In this document: positions 1 to 13,100 of the stretch, piece by piece
Numbering within the stretch: the stretch's first letter is position 1
How the letters are laid out: every line of letters starts with the position of its first letter
NCBI GenBank assembly: GCA_030704615.1
Contig: CM060731.1
Span: 83,948,001-84,012,000 of the forward strand
From: Takakia lepidozioides
Taxonomy: Eukaryota; Plantae; Bryophyta
DNA: 64,000 nt
Reading direction: 5' to 3'
The notes under the pieces: generated by a model
Databases searched by the model: none
Seen by the model: only the letters and a program-made list of their open reading frames with translations
What the model was told of the DNA's origin: nothing
Program-made: the position numbers and the translations under genes

Positions 1-353
1 GTGAATCAAGTCTTGCATAAAGCAAAAATCACGGAAAACAACAGCAGGCTGATAGTATTCAGAACTGCTTTGTTTATGATATGTCCATCCAAAAACTATC
101 TCATCGATGAGAATAGCTAAGTCATTTTGCCCAAATTCCAGAAAGGCTTCTTTTATCAGGTTCTTAGGGTGTATCCACTCCATACCACGGTTTGGGTATA
201 ACATATGAATGAATCCCAAGGGAGCAGGTTTTGCTGCCTGTTTTATGAATTTCCTGCCATGGGCATGAGTTTCAATTTGTCTGCAACCATCCTCAAAGAC
301 ATATAACGCATCTGCACATACAGAGTAGAGGAACATACCAAAAAATGAGATTT

Positions 354-1973
354 TTACAGATCATTCCATGATCCAAAGTCTCGTTTGTGTATTGGGGAGA
401 ACTCGTCAGTGATACGACGAGTCTTGTATGACTCCTGGCTGGCGATGTTGATGGTGGTACTGGAATTAGCACCCGAACCCCCAGTTGAGGACCGATTCGT
501 TGCTCTTGAATTCTCAGAGGTGTTGGTAGAGTACTGTCCCCTGCCAGAGCGTCCTCCTCTTTGGTAGAGACCTCTTCCACGGCCAGGGGTACCTCTTCCC
601 CGAGTAGTACTGTTCTTGCCTTGTTGAGGAGGCATCTGCCCCTCCATACGTTGCCGTTTGTAGCTATTGAATTGTGGCCTGGGAAGGCTGTCTGAAAAAG
701 ACCCAGGTTTCACGAGTTTCTCAATGTATCTGGCCCCCTTGGATTCTCCTAACTTCGCAAGCAGCTTGGCTTGTGGGTCATTTGAGAATTCACAGGCTGC
801 TTCCGTTATGAACCCTCGGGTCATCTGGAAGGTAATTTGTGCTAGTACAGCAGATCTGGCAGCCCGCATGATCCATACCAGAAAATTGTAATTCTTGGTT
901 TGCACCGAAGGATAGGCATCATCAGGGAAGAACACAATCAGATTGTTCAGCATATACCAAACCATATGGTCAAACCAAGCAACACTCCCAATGCGAGAAG
1001 AGGGTGCCCCTCCTTGTCCACAGTTGCATCTTATGTAGGGACGATGCCAATTGAAGAGTTGACTCTTATGGTTCTTGGATCTGGCTGAGCCAGTCGGCAA
1101 ATCATTTTTGGTCCTCAAGGTAAGGTTCTCACCTTTGTCACAGAGCTTGTAGTAGAAGGTCCTTAGTGGCCACGCCACGGCAATAGGTTCCTTTTTTATT
1201 CTCTGAAGACCCTCCTTAGCATCCTGTGCACATCTACTGTGTTCAGCAGGAATTATGTTGCCCCATTTGACCCACATTTCAATGGAAATGGGTGCCAATA
1301 GGTTGATATTAGCATGTGGATGCCACATCATATGATCGTTATTGGCAACCTCTAATTCAACTGCACGGGGAGGCAACCAAGGGACAAATTGCAGATTTCC
1401 AGGAGTGGCACCTGCTGCTCTTTCTTGCTCCACTTGTGAGAGTTCTGCTTGTTCACAGAATTCTCTCACTGCCTCTTTTTCTTCATCCGGTAAAATCATG
1501 TGCCCAAGGATTGGGTGATTACTTACAGAAGGGATGAAGTCTTTTTCAGAGGTGTTTGCAGATTTCTGCGTGGAGACAGTCTGGTCATCTTCCGGGTTCG
1601 CCATTCTAAGAGCTGCCTCAATGGCTGATCCCTTCTTTTCCCATTGTATCAGCTCCTCGGCATCATCTTCCAGTACCTCAATCATTTTAGTATTGAATTC
1701 CTGGAGCTTCTCCAGGTACCTACCTTTCTTATTTGCCATGATGCCAAGTGCAACCCAATTTTCCAAAACCAAGGTCTCAAGTAGTAATACGGGATTTTCA
1801 TCACCTGAATTTTCCAAGGCCTCAGTGTCCGTCTTTTGCAATGTAGCATGGAAGTCACTTGGTGTGACTTGTGCGAGGGTTGCTTGTACAGCAGGAATTG
1901 GAGGAGGTAGAGGGGACTGATACCCTAGAGCTACGAGGTCCTCATTCCATCTAGGGTCTCCTTTGCTGACCTT
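354..1973 (-). CDS. Orphan long exon/ORF (~540 codons): acidic helical N-part, W/H/C-rich middle, RGG-rich tail; possibly a retroelement accessory ORF
   Basis: The 354..1841 frame stays open upstream to 1973. There it is preceded on the minus strand by CTGAC (branch-like, 2000-2004) and TTTGACAG (acceptor AG at 1975-1974). The C-terminus has RGRGTPGRGRGLYQRGGRSGRG. No recognised domain. Confidence 0.5.
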   Translation of the reverse strand, partial: KVSKGDPRWNEDLVALGYQSPLPPPIPAVQATLAQVTPSDFHATLQKTDTEALENSGDENPVLLLETLVLENWVALGIMANKKGRYLEKLQEFNTKMIEVLEDDAEELIQWEKKGSAIEAALRMANPEDDQTVSTQKSANTSEKDFIPSVSNHPILGHMILPDEEKEAVREFCEQAELSQVEQERAAGATPGNLQFVPWLPPRAVELEVANNDHMMWHPHANINLLAPISIEMWVKWGNIIPAEHSRCAQDAKEGLQRIKKEPIAVAWPLRTFYYKLCDKGENLTLRTKNDLPTGSARSKNHKSQLFNWHRPYIRCNCGQGGAPSSRIGSVAWFDHMVWYMLNNLIVFFPDDAYPSVQTKNYNFLVWIMRAARSAVLAQITFQMTRGFITEAACEFSNDPQAKLLAKLGESKGARYIEKLVKPGSFSDSLPRPQFNSYKRQRMEGQMPPQQGKNSTTRGRGTPGRGRGLYQRGGRSGRGQYSTNTSENSRATNRSSTGGSGANSSTTINIASQESYKTRRITDEFSPIHKRDFGSWNDL

Positions 1974-2214
1974 CTGTCAAAGCCCCCCCGAAAAAACTTG
2001 TCAGTGCATCATAATGAGAAGGTGAAAAGGAGATGGGTACAAATACCACTAAGTACATTGGTCAAATAAAGAGAGAGAAGATATACATGTCATGTCAAGA
2101 CATGGACAAGACCACTAAGGTCATTGTCATTGAAAGACAAAGCAACCCTTTACAGGGCATCATCTAACAACCCCTTTTACCAACTCAACGGGCAGATCTG
2201 ATCGAGGATTGATA

Positions 2215-3537
2215 TAGCCTGCACTTGGTATACCTATATTATTCTCCAATCACACTTCGCCAAATATAACTCCCCTATCTACTCATCTGCTATAAGCTGC
2301 ACTACTTCTTATCTTCCCCACCATTTCTTCGCCCAAAAGGCCACACCACCCCACGACTGCCCTCAACACCTCCAGATACTCCACTATATATATCACCATC
2401 CTCGCCTCACCACTCATAGCTCAAATGGCCGATATCAACTACACTTAGGGAAATCTAAACACTACTACCACCACCACCCCGCATCAGATACCTTCTACTT
2501 AAACACTTGCTTAACCCTGTTATTATTAAGATGTGGCGACATGAACCCAACCCCCGGGCCCTCCTCTATCAGCAATATTATCCAGGAACTTCCCACAGAT
2601 GCATAAGACATATATGCACTTTACTTTCAGCCAGACACCATGTCACTGATGCACAACTACCGCCATATCTTCGACCACTTCACACCCTTCCTCCCGCAAG
2701 ACCCACCTACTAATCATACACCCACGCACCATATCTCAACATTTGGACTCTCCCCTAGTCGTCACCCAACACTTTCTAAAGCCTTGCAAAAACTCAAAGC
2801 CTTCCCGAAGACCTATCTTCTCTTCTCTCTTATAATCATCATTTCCCCTATGCCTGATACATGTAACGGTTATCTTCACTCCCACTCTATTTCCCAAATA
2901 CGCCCATTTCTCCAACAATTGAAAAGCTTGCCACCGCTCCCCCACAACTATTTGCCCCACCACACCATCTATCCACACTTCACTCATCTCTCAATCTGCT
3001 GCAATCCCATCACTCACCAAACACCACCATTCATATTACTCTGCCCATTCATCTTCGATCCCACCTCCAGATTGTTCATCTACACCCATTGGCTCTATGC
3101 CTTATTCTTCTTATTCACATGTATATGCCATCCCACGTAGAGGACCTACCACTTATACCTGAAATCCTAAACACCATATCCAAAACAATTACCAACCCCG
3201 ACCATCAACAATATCATATCATATTAGCAGGAGACTTCAACAGGGACATTGCCCTCCTTGGCCATACCTTCAATGGCGCACATAAACCCCCCACCCAAGT
3301 TGACCATGACTGGGCTAGGTTCACGTCGCAACATCTCCTCAAATATATCCCATCGGACCATCATTACTCCAGACAAGGAGGATTCAACTATTCTTCACTA
3401 AGCCTCATAGACGGATTTTACCTTAGAACTAGTGAGGCCATCCCCTCATATCTTAAGAGCCATGTACACATCGATAGTCTATGTAACTCCGACCACTACC
3501 CTATATCCCTCTCCCTTCCTCCATCGCTTGTCCCCTT
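2215..3537 (+). mobile_element. LINE fragment (pre-endonuclease region plus APE endonuclease), degenerate
   Basis: ORF 3089..3691 has APE motifs HIILAGDFN, IDGFYL and SDHYPI. C/A-rich sense strand. Homologous to 14284-16022 and 54992-55476. Left boundary approximate. Confidence 0.85.
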
Positions 3538-4130
3538 TGTGTGGATTGGACAACGATATAGTTGTGTAGCGATATGTATGCGCACGACAGCTGTCAAGTG
3601 GATTTTAATACTAGTTAAATTAACTAGTTCACTAGTTAATGTGAAACTAGTTAATTTACTAGTTAGTATGAAAATATGTAGTTATAGGTAGCTAGTGTGA
3701 AACTAGCTAGGAAATAACTAGTTGTTATGTATTGATACTTGAGTTTGCCCAAGTGTCAATCCAGTGCCCAAAGTTAATGATGGGCCCTGGGGGGGAGTTA
3801 TCCTCACGGCAGACGCGGTGAGGCTCATCTGTCTCGAGTTGAGCCTCTCGCGTCTGGCTATGGCGCGCCGTGTGTGGATTCCCCACAGCTTGGGGTGCAC
3901 CGGGCTCGATTCTTATTTTATGAGTGAAATGTTGGTTTGGTTTTATGCATCTTTTCATTGTGGCAGACTAGTGTGTGGTGTGCATATATAATGTGTGGAT
4001 TGGACAACGATATAGTTGTGCCTGGGGGGTGCACTCTAGCCAATATGTACCAGCCACGTGCGTGCATATGAGGGGGTATTTTAAACCCCTCCATATAAAG
4101 GGGGGTTTAAAACACCTTAAATATAAGGTT
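3538..4130. repeat. Module bounded by a 29-bp perfect direct repeat and containing several long hairpins
   Basis: TGTGTGGATTGGACAACGATATAGTTGTG occurs at 3538-3566 and 3992-4020. Hairpins at ~3611-3662 (CTAG-rich), ~3809-3856 and ~4075-4116. Confidence 0.6.
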
Positions 4131-4152
4131 ACAGGAGGGGATAATTGAATTT

Positions 4153-4250
4153 CAGGGGTAGTCTAGTGGTAAGGACGTACATTGTGTTGCGACGCACTGC
4201 GGGATCAAATCGCGATGCATCATTCTTTTGCTTTTCTTTTTTTTCCTTTC
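4153..4250 (+). pseudogene. Degenerate tRNA-like / SINE-head sequence followed by a T-rich tract
   Basis: A-box-like TAGTCTAGTGG (4159-4169) and B-box-like GGATCAAATC (4202-4211) at tRNA spacing. TTGTG lies near the anticodon position (His-like). The stems do not pair well. Confidence 0.3.
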
Positions 4251-6139
4251 CTCCCCACGATCTGTCTCCCGCAGGCTCCTTTTCCCTCCTCTCCCCTCCT
4301 CTCCCGCGCCCTTCCGCTTCAGCTTGGTCTTAGCAGGCCATGTTTCAGCTCAATCTCGCCCTGCACGGGTAGATGGTCAACTGGAAATTGATAGAACAAG
4401 ACACTGCTAATGAATGTACCTTCTTCAATGCATTCAGCCTGTTTTCCCCATTAGCGGAGTCGTCCCTAATTTTTCATGTTGAATTCTGCAAGTTAGCTCG
4501 TTGGTGGATCTATGGTGGTTTTAATGGAGTGCCCTAGATTTGCGGATTGATGAGGAGCGACGGTTTACGGACGAGCTCACAAGTGTGATCTGCAAGCTGC
4601 TGACACTCTCATATTTTTGAGCAGACAGCAGGCCTGCACTCTTTAAGTTTTGCTGCTAGTTACTCTCCATAGCTTGCTGCTCAGTCAATTTACTGCGAAT
4701 GGCGGCACCGACGATGGGCCAGCTAGAAACTCCTGCAGTCATGAACTCTAGGCTTGGCTTAGACAGTAATTACTTGGGCAAGTGGGGTAGAAGACTTAAG
4801 GGCCATTCAGAGATGATGGACTTTCTTCTTGCTTTTGCGGAGATAGTAGCGGGGTGAAGATGAAGTGTGGGATGACAACATGAAGGAGAGCTTGGGGCCT
4901 TAAGCTGCAGGCTCCACATTTTGTGAAGGAAGGATTGTAGGGATGATGAAGTAAAATCGACGAGTTTGGGCTCTCTATCTTGTTTTCGTACTTGGAAGCT
5001 CAACTGTATAATGCATTAGTTTCTGTGTCTTTACTTGTGGGGAATCTGATGGCATTTCGGGTTAGACCAAGCATGTAAGGGTATAAGTGTAATCTCTGGG
5101 AAATCTGGGCATGGTATGTTATGTTGATGCATCACTATTGCACTTAGTGACATTGGTACTTCGCATTGCATAGATGACGGGTTAAGGGTGCATCTATAGA
5201 GGGCATCATTGTTTTTGATTCCAAGATTCGGTTGAACCCGCAGCTCATGCATAACGGAGGAGTGTCATTGGAGCTGACCCTTTGGACTTGAGGGGTAAAA
5301 GAAGAGAGAATGAGAGAAAATGAGGTGAAGCCGGATAGGTCCAGGTAGCTCGATTAGGTTGGTTGACGGGGTGCCATGAACACTAGTGGGTGACGGTTTC
5401 CTACGGGCTATGCCCACTTTTCAAAGAAGTATCTGTAAAGGCTAAGCTGGATATTTTGCAGCATACGTGATCACATGCGAGACACTTGGCGATCTGTGAC
5501 GGATGTGTGTCCTACCTATGTCTTCCCTTCCGCTGCGGCATGGGTGGATGAGATAACACTTTGGTGACTGAATGTGAATGTTGTGGGGAAATGTTTCTGC
5601 CCTTTTCTTTCACACCACACCAGATTTAGTTAAAACCTAGTTATGTCATCTACATATATGTTAGCTGACTGCCACGTTTTTTTTTTTTCTGCCAAGGCCC
5701 CCATAGAGAGGAGAACAGGTCGATTGTTGGGACAACACGCATGAGCATGCCCCCTCGTAAACAGACAAGTGGAAACCACGGGGCAAACTTGGAGTCAAGT
5801 TGTATCCTTGAAAACCAAAGGATGTCGTTGATTGGTGTCGCACTCTGAAACGAACCAACCCGAATCGTGTCAGAAGTCACAATTGCGAGATTTCTAATTG
5901 AAGGAATCATTGGAATCACGGTTGGGAAAGAAGCAAGGGAATGCATTACCCGACCGCACGACAACAAACACGACTTACTCACACTCAAAATCAGAGTCCA
6001 CGTCCAGATCTTCGTCAGGAACGTCCGCCTCCTCGAAAACTGCCTCCATGTGGGGGGCTGATGTTGAGCCCGAGGTAACCTGTTCAAGCTCGCTATTGAA
6101 CTTTGTTCTATCGAAAGAGGCGATTGAAATCCATAGCAT

Positions 6140-6608
6140 AATCAAGGTTGCGTTAACGCAACCTTGATTGTATACAACAAAACGAAGAACAACAGGGCCA
6201 ACAACCATACAAAATGCAAAAAACAGTCTTAAAAAAAAGATGCTTTCATTTCTCAAATCAAGGTTGCGTCAACGCAAGGTTGATTTGCATCACCTTCCAA
6301 AAAAATAAAAAAATGATGCTTTCATTTATCAAATCAAGGTTGCGAACATAAGGTTGATTTGCATCCCCCCCCCCCCAAGAGAAAAAAAATAAAAATAAAA
6401 ATGGAATAAGTGTTGAAGTCGTATGTCTGTCGGTGTATGTCACATCATCAATCGTGTTGTGTGTGCGTCTGCGATCTGTTGCATTCGTTCCTCAAACTCA
6501 TTTGTTCATTTGCGAACACAGCAAGTCACATTCAAATGAACATTCTCGGAAATCAACCTCGTGTTAACACAAGGTTGATTTGAAGTTCTAGGAAATCAAC
6601 CTCGTGTT
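6140..6608. repeat. Cluster of palindromic repeats (AATCAAGGTTGCGTTAACGCAACCTTGATT and variants), probable DNA-transposon subterminal sites
   Basis: Perfect 30-bp palindrome at 6140-6169. Variants at ~6255, ~6331, ~6550 and ~6592. Confidence 0.6.
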
Positions 6609-8849
6609 CCGGAACTAACGTGTCATTAATGGTATGGACATAGGAGCGTTGCACTCCTTCATGACACCGGCAACGGCACGGAAGCTGGGACTCCCGACGA
6701 GTGACGTGGGGGCCTATATTGAAGTGCGTTCTGCCAATGAAGAACCTCAACTAGCGACGAGAGTGACATTCGACGTCCCTCTTTAGCTGGGGAGTTGGGA
6801 GGGGCGTGAGAACTTCACTATTTGCGAGATCGATGGAGTGGATCTCATTTTGGGGATGCCGTTTTTGAGCAAATCTGGAGCAGTCATAGATGGCCGCAAG
6901 AGGGTAGTCACGTTGCCGTGTGGGAATGGTAGCGAAGTTTTATGGGTGTCAGAAATGCCCAACCGAGTGGGAGGGCGAATAAACCTACTAACGGCGAAGG
7001 AGTGGACCGTGGAGGAACCACACGAACCTGAGTTTTTGCTTTACGTGAGGCAAGTAGAGGGAGAAGTCAATAGGGAGCCAGAGCCCAAATTGGATCAAAG
7101 AAATCTTGGAGAAATATCAAGATGTGATGCCGGGAAATTTATCGAGCGATTTGCCACCACGAAGAGGGGTCGACCACAGAATTGAGGTGATACCGGGAAC
7201 GGAGCCGCCTGCCAAGGTGTCGTACCGGTTGAACCATAGAGAGTTGGTGGAGCTAAAGGAGCAGCTCAAGGACCTCATGACAAAGGGATACATCCGGCCA
7301 AATAAGTCACCTTATGGAGCCCCGGTACTATTTGCAGACAAGAAGGATGGGACGCTGCGGATGTGTGTCGATTACAGGGCTCTAAACAAGGTGACTTTAA
7401 AAAACCGGTCCATTTTGCCAAGAATTGACGACCTCTTTGATCAGTTGGCAGACGCGAAGTATTTCAGCCGGATCAATTTGCGCTCAGGTTATCACCAAAT
7501 TCGGGTAGTGGAATGAGATGAGGAAAAGACAGCGTACAGGACAATGTATGGTTCGTACGAGTTCTTGGTGATGCCTTTTGGGCTCACCAACGCGCCGGCG
7601 ACCTTTAGCACATTGATAAGCAGCCTTTTCCAAGAGTGGTAAGATGACTTTGTGATCGTGTACATCGACGACATCTTGGTGTACTCGAAAACAAAGGAAA
7701 ACCACCTGGAGCACCTCGAAAGGGTATTCCAGAAATTGCGGGAAGGGAAGTTCTATGCCAAAGCTTCAAAGTGCCAATTTGGGGTCACAAAAGTGGAGTT
7801 CCTAGGGCATGTGATTACACAAGATGGGATCAAAATGGATGACAAAAAGGTGAGGGCGATCTTGGACTGGGAACCTCCGACTTTGGTCCCGGGATTGCAT
7901 CCTTTATGGGACTCGCCTCCTACTACCGAAGGTATGTGAGGAATTTCGCCAAGATTGCGGGGCCACTGTCAAACCTTTGTGTAAATCCAAGGTATGGGTG
8001 TGGAACGCCTTTTGTGGCCAAGCTTTTGCCGAATTGAAGCAACCGATGGTGGAAGCTCCAGTTTTGAAGATCCCGGAGTTCGATCGTCCGTTTGAGATTC
8101 ACACAGATGCGTCGAACTTCGCGATTGGGGGTGTGCTAATGCAAGAGGGCATCCAGTGGCTTACGAGAGTAAGAAACTGAACAAAGTGGAGCGGCGGTGG
8201 CCTACACATGAGAAAGAAATGAAAGCGGTGGTGCACTGCCTTGAGCTTTGGCGCCACTATGTCGGTGCCAACCCGGTGAAGGTGTTTACGGACAATGTCA
8301 CGGTTAAGTATTTTGCCACACAGCCTAAGTTGTCCCCAAAACAAATTAGGTGGCAAGACACTTTGACATTGTTTGACGTGGAAATTCAGTACAAACCGAG
8401 ACGGGACACTGTGGGGGCCATTGCAGGACTTAGGTTAGGGGTTAAGACGCAGTTCCACTTGCACAATGGACTGCTCCGGTACAAGCAAAAGCATCTCTAC
8501 GTGCCAAAGGGAGGGCTCAAAGATAGTCTCTTGAGAGAATGCCATGATGGCCCGCTTGCGGGCCATAGCGGGGCCAAGCGCACCGCGACAATCTTGAAGA
8601 AAGAGTATTTCTGGCCCAAACTCAGGGAGGAGGCCGAGGAGTATGTCAAAGACATGCACCACATGCCAGCAAAACCGGAGCGAGTACAAAAAGCAAGCGG
8701 GGTTGTTACAACCTTTGCCAAATCCAGAGGGGTCTCGGGAGAGTGTCTCAATTTATTTCATGACTATTTTGCTGCTATCAAAGGGATTCCATGCAATCAT
8801 GGTGGTGGTGGATAGGTTCCGTAAAATGGGCCATTTCATCCCCACTAAG
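6608..8849 (+). mobile_element. Degenerate internal fragment of the chromovirus Ty3/Gypsy family (PR-RT-RH-partial INT)
   Basis: Motifs [56 protein letters not shown] and HDGPLAGHSG. Nucleotide-level homologue of 45370-47722. Multiple stops, frameshifts and an internal deletion. Confidence 0.93.
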
Positions 8850-10180
8850 CGATTGTTATTTGCTTCACAAGTTGCGACCTGTACTTGGTTCGTGATTCCC
8901 TCCATGCCAGCACAATGTGACTCTCTATGGACGCGTCCGCCTTGCCGGGGGCATCACTCTCAAAGAACTGCCTTTTTGGCATAGGCCAAGTTGTCCCTAA
9001 TGTTTGTCTGCAGTCCCATACCCCGCGGATACAGTCAGACCAGTGCTCCCAACAACAAAAGACATTACATCGGGAAAATTGAGATGAACCTCACAACATA
9101 GAGGATCTCAACCATGGCGTCCAGTGTGGGTCGGTACCAGGTGCGATCCGCTTTCGCCTGGGACTTCCTGAGTCGCCTGCCTGCATGCAATTCCTGCTTG
9201 CGAACGCAGCACATGGGCAAGAGTCTCCAAAGTTGACTGCATTGCGTCGACCCCCTGCGATCCCTCCCCAGCTCCCATGTCAAACAAACAGGAAAACATG
9301 GCAGACTGCACGCAAAAAAAAAGGTGTAAAAGGAAGAGTGTGTATGGACGGCTTCACATCCGCGAAGCACGAAGCTCTCACTGGTGGGCGATCCGAGTCT
9401 CCGGAGAACGAGTTTTGCATCTCCTGCATGAGGCGGAGCTTCAGTCGTGTCGTCGGCGGCTTCCCAAAGTCCCGTGTCTTCCTTCTCTATGCCGGAGTCG
9501 CCTGACCTTCCACAAACTCAAGGCTATCACTATGCTGCATAAGGAGAGAAAACGCAGAAGAATGTCACTGCAGAAGGGGGAAGGAGCGAGAGAACGAAGC
9601 GGTGGAACATGCAACGAGTGTGCAAGAGCAGATGCGCAAACAACCACGTCTCCCCAAGCGTTGCCACTCTCCACCACTGTCCGCCGTATGGGCAATGAAG
9701 AGATTGCGACCCCTGACATGTACAGACGGATGAAGTCGTCTGGAACGTGACGCGTGGCTGTTGCGGACACCAGCAGATGACGCTTTATCCGAATTGCGGC
9801 GCAGAAATACCGTTCCGTCCACATGATTATGTGTCCGGATCAGCTGGCATTGAAGGCACTATCCGCACATCATCAAACCCACCCGCCATGAAACCCAACC
9901 GCCGATTGACATTCAACAGTCAGGTGGGCACATTTCATCCAGGCACATTTGAATTTCAGCGCCGAAATTCATCCTCTGCAAGTGCTTTCATCCCCAAAAA
10001 TTTGAATTTCGGCACCAAAATTCATCGCTTGCCTGCTACTCATCCGTCATGAGCACACCTGTCAGTTGGATTTCGGTCCTGCACTTGGGGACATTTTATC
10101 CATATTTCGGCGCCGGAATTCATTAACAAAAACTTTATCCGGGAGTAGAAGAGGGCAAATCATCCACACTTTGGCGCCGA
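8850..10180 (-). mobile_element. Probable DNA-transposon remnant (AAATTCGGCGCCG-type subterminal motifs and degraded coding pieces)
   Basis: The motifs cagcgccgaaattc, tttcggcaccaaaatt, tttcggcgccggaatt and tggcgccgaatt at 9957-10183 match the motif in 52850-53855 and 56750-56990. Confidence 0.4.
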
Positions 10181-13100
10181 ATTACATAGTATGGTTGCGG
10201 TCCCTCTGTTAGTGGCAGCGTTGTAGATGCCATATCCGGCTTGCGAGACGGAGTGGGTGCCATCAGTCTAGTGTGAATGAAGTGGGGGGTATTTGGGGGC
10301 GATAGGCCCCAAATGTACCGGGGGGGCATCCGTGGAGGTTATATTGTGGATGGTGATAGGGCCGGGGGGTGCCATAGCCCAAACTTTGTTCGGTTTTGGC
10401 CTATAAGTTGATCTGGGGGAGGACTATGCAGTGGTGAGGGTGGGTAGATGGTGAGGGACATGCCATGGGTACCGGACAAGAGATGATTGAGGCGAGTGGG
10501 GAAGTCTATGGGTATGGAGGTGCAGGGGGGCTTCTGGACTAGCAACAGCAGGGTTAGAATGGGTTATTTGTGGCGGAGATATTTGGGGAAGGGCAGGGTG
10601 CGCCTGTAGCGGAGATGGTTGGGTTCAATGGCGGCTAGTGGCGTTACCTCAGGGGAGAGTTGGAGAAGGGGGTGTTGGTGATTAGGTAAGCTTTGTGAGT
10701 GAGAATAAGGATAGTGATGGCGGAGGGGGATGAATGGGCGGCGAGGCGCGCCCATTGTAGAGCCTCATGGGTGAGGGGCCTGGGTGGTGGGTGCACGAGG
10801 CCACCTCCGGACCAAGTGTGTTGGGTAGCGGAACCAAGGGCTCCAAATACACACTCTCTGGGGTGCAGGCTATCATAGGAGGAAAGCTCAAGGGGGCACG
10901 TGAGTGGGCTAGAATAGTATGAGTGTGTAAGCTGAAATGTGGTGATGAGAAGTTTGAGGATGTTTGATGGGATGGTGCTATGAATATATGCAAGTGCTAG
11001 TTTATCGAGGGTGCGGGTTTTTTTGGGGGGGTGTCGCGAAGGTACCGGTCTAATATAAGCCAGCAGACCTCCGTGGCAAAGTCTTGCTTTGGCGGTTGTA
11101 ATTGGGTAGTATGAGGGGTGGAAGTGGAATATTGAGACCAGAGCCAGGCAAGTCTGATGTTGGAAATTGACCTGGCAAAACTGCCGCTGAGTATGTATAT
11201 ATTGGACATACTAGGACTAGGGCATATGATGGGGGAATCATGCGCAATGTTTTTGTCTGGGTTACATTCGGTGGTTTGTATATGCAGATTTGGGGCAGCT
11301 AGGGAGGTGTGGATGTAGCGGGCGTCTATCAATTGGGTTTGGGAGGAATGGTGGGTGTATGCTAGATATTTGGTGTTAGTTCGTTCGTGGAATTTGATTA
11401 GAAGATCACGGTTATGGGCGAGATCGTAGTCTTCGTGGGCCCCAAAGAGGTCTTCTTCGATTTGCCACGTGTTGTCTTCTGTAGAAAAGACTGCCCATTA
11501 AGGCAGTATGTATCAACACTAGTAGAGCCAAATGCATTGAGTGAGGTTTGGGTTTTGATGCCAAGGATGGCCTCAATGATGAAGGCCTTGGGATGGTCAG
11601 GGCTGGTTGGGTGAGGAGGGGTAGCTACTAGTGGGGAGTCGAGAGGGGGATATTGGTATTGGCATCTAGCTGCGACATTGGGGGAAGGGGGGGGGGTGAG
11701 GAGAAGGGAGAGGAGTCCTGGGAAGGTCGAGCAGGAGTATGTTGGGAGGCTTTAAGCTGTTGGAGTATAGAGGCGGTTGGGGCAGAACGAAATTCTGGGA
11801 TGAGATCTTGTTGGTTGTGGGGATCAGGGGTACAAGAGGTAGTTGGGTGACAGAATAGGGAATGAAGGTGAAGCAGATATCTGCGTGTTTTGATAGTAGC
11901 ACGAGAATGTTTCAAGGTAAATTGACACGGAGTTAGCAGTCGGTTCCCAGTGGCTGTAGTGAGTTGGGTGAGATTAGTAATATGACGTGTTTTGAAGTAG
12001 GCAAGGATAAGTTTTCTTTGACGGGGGTGTAAAGTTTCAAATTGTGTGAGGAATGGGCTGTTGAGCCACGCGTGTTCAAGTGGTGATATGGAGTCAGTTT
12101 GTATGCTGATTCTCATTTGGCGTAAGATGAACAGTGTGTGAACGATAGGGGAGTGAAGGCAGGATTTTGGGGTGGAGAGAGGGGAGGGAGTACAGTCCAT
12201 TATATTTATAGGCCAAGTGTTTAAGGAATCCTCTAAAAAATAGCCCTAGGGTCATTGAGGGCCTCGAGAAGTTGTGAGCCAAGGGTGCGGGCATATGGAT
12301 GTAATCAGGGGGCTAGATCCTATCCCATAACTATCTTGTGGGAGCTAAGTGAGGGCATTTGGGGTATTGGTAGGTAGACCGCAAATGCATTTGGTGAGTT
12401 GAATAATATTTTTGTCAAGTAGTCTAATGTCAGATAAAGAGAAGGGGGCCGCATGAAATGTGTATTGGACTTGTGGATTGAGGACTTTTTGGATGATAGT
12501 TAATTTAGGGCGGATGGAGATCGGAGATTTGAGTAAGGCTAAGCTCTTGTTGGTTAATTTGGATAGGGTTGTGCTCTTCTGTATATGCCATGTGAGCGAG
12601 GGAACCAATTGTATGCCTAAGTAAGTATAGGGTTCGTCAAGGCCTAAGAAGGGGAATGGTTTTTGTTGATAGTGTATGTATAGCTTGCAGTGGGAGGCTA
12701 TCGTGGATTTTGAGAATTTGCTTTGGTGTGTAGCAGCGGTGACCGCACATTTGTGTAAGCTTAGTTCCATCCCTGACCACTGGTTGAAGCGGAATAGTTT
12801 GTCAACCTGTCGGTTGAGGTGTTGAGGTTTGTGTGCAAGAATGGCTAGGTCGTCCGCATAGGCTGCTGCAGAGATTTCATTGGAAGAAGTTTTGTACTGG
12901 TATCTGAGGTTGCCGCGAGCAAGCCATCGCACTTGAGGTTGAAGAAAAATAATAAATAGATATGGGCTCAGTGTATCACCTTGAATGGTACCACGCAATA
13001 TGGGGATAGGGGGGGTGGAGCCGTAGTAGGAGCCAGAGTATTCGGTGGTACGGTTAGTGTAAATATTGCCGATAAGTTGAATAGAATCAATGGGGTATCC

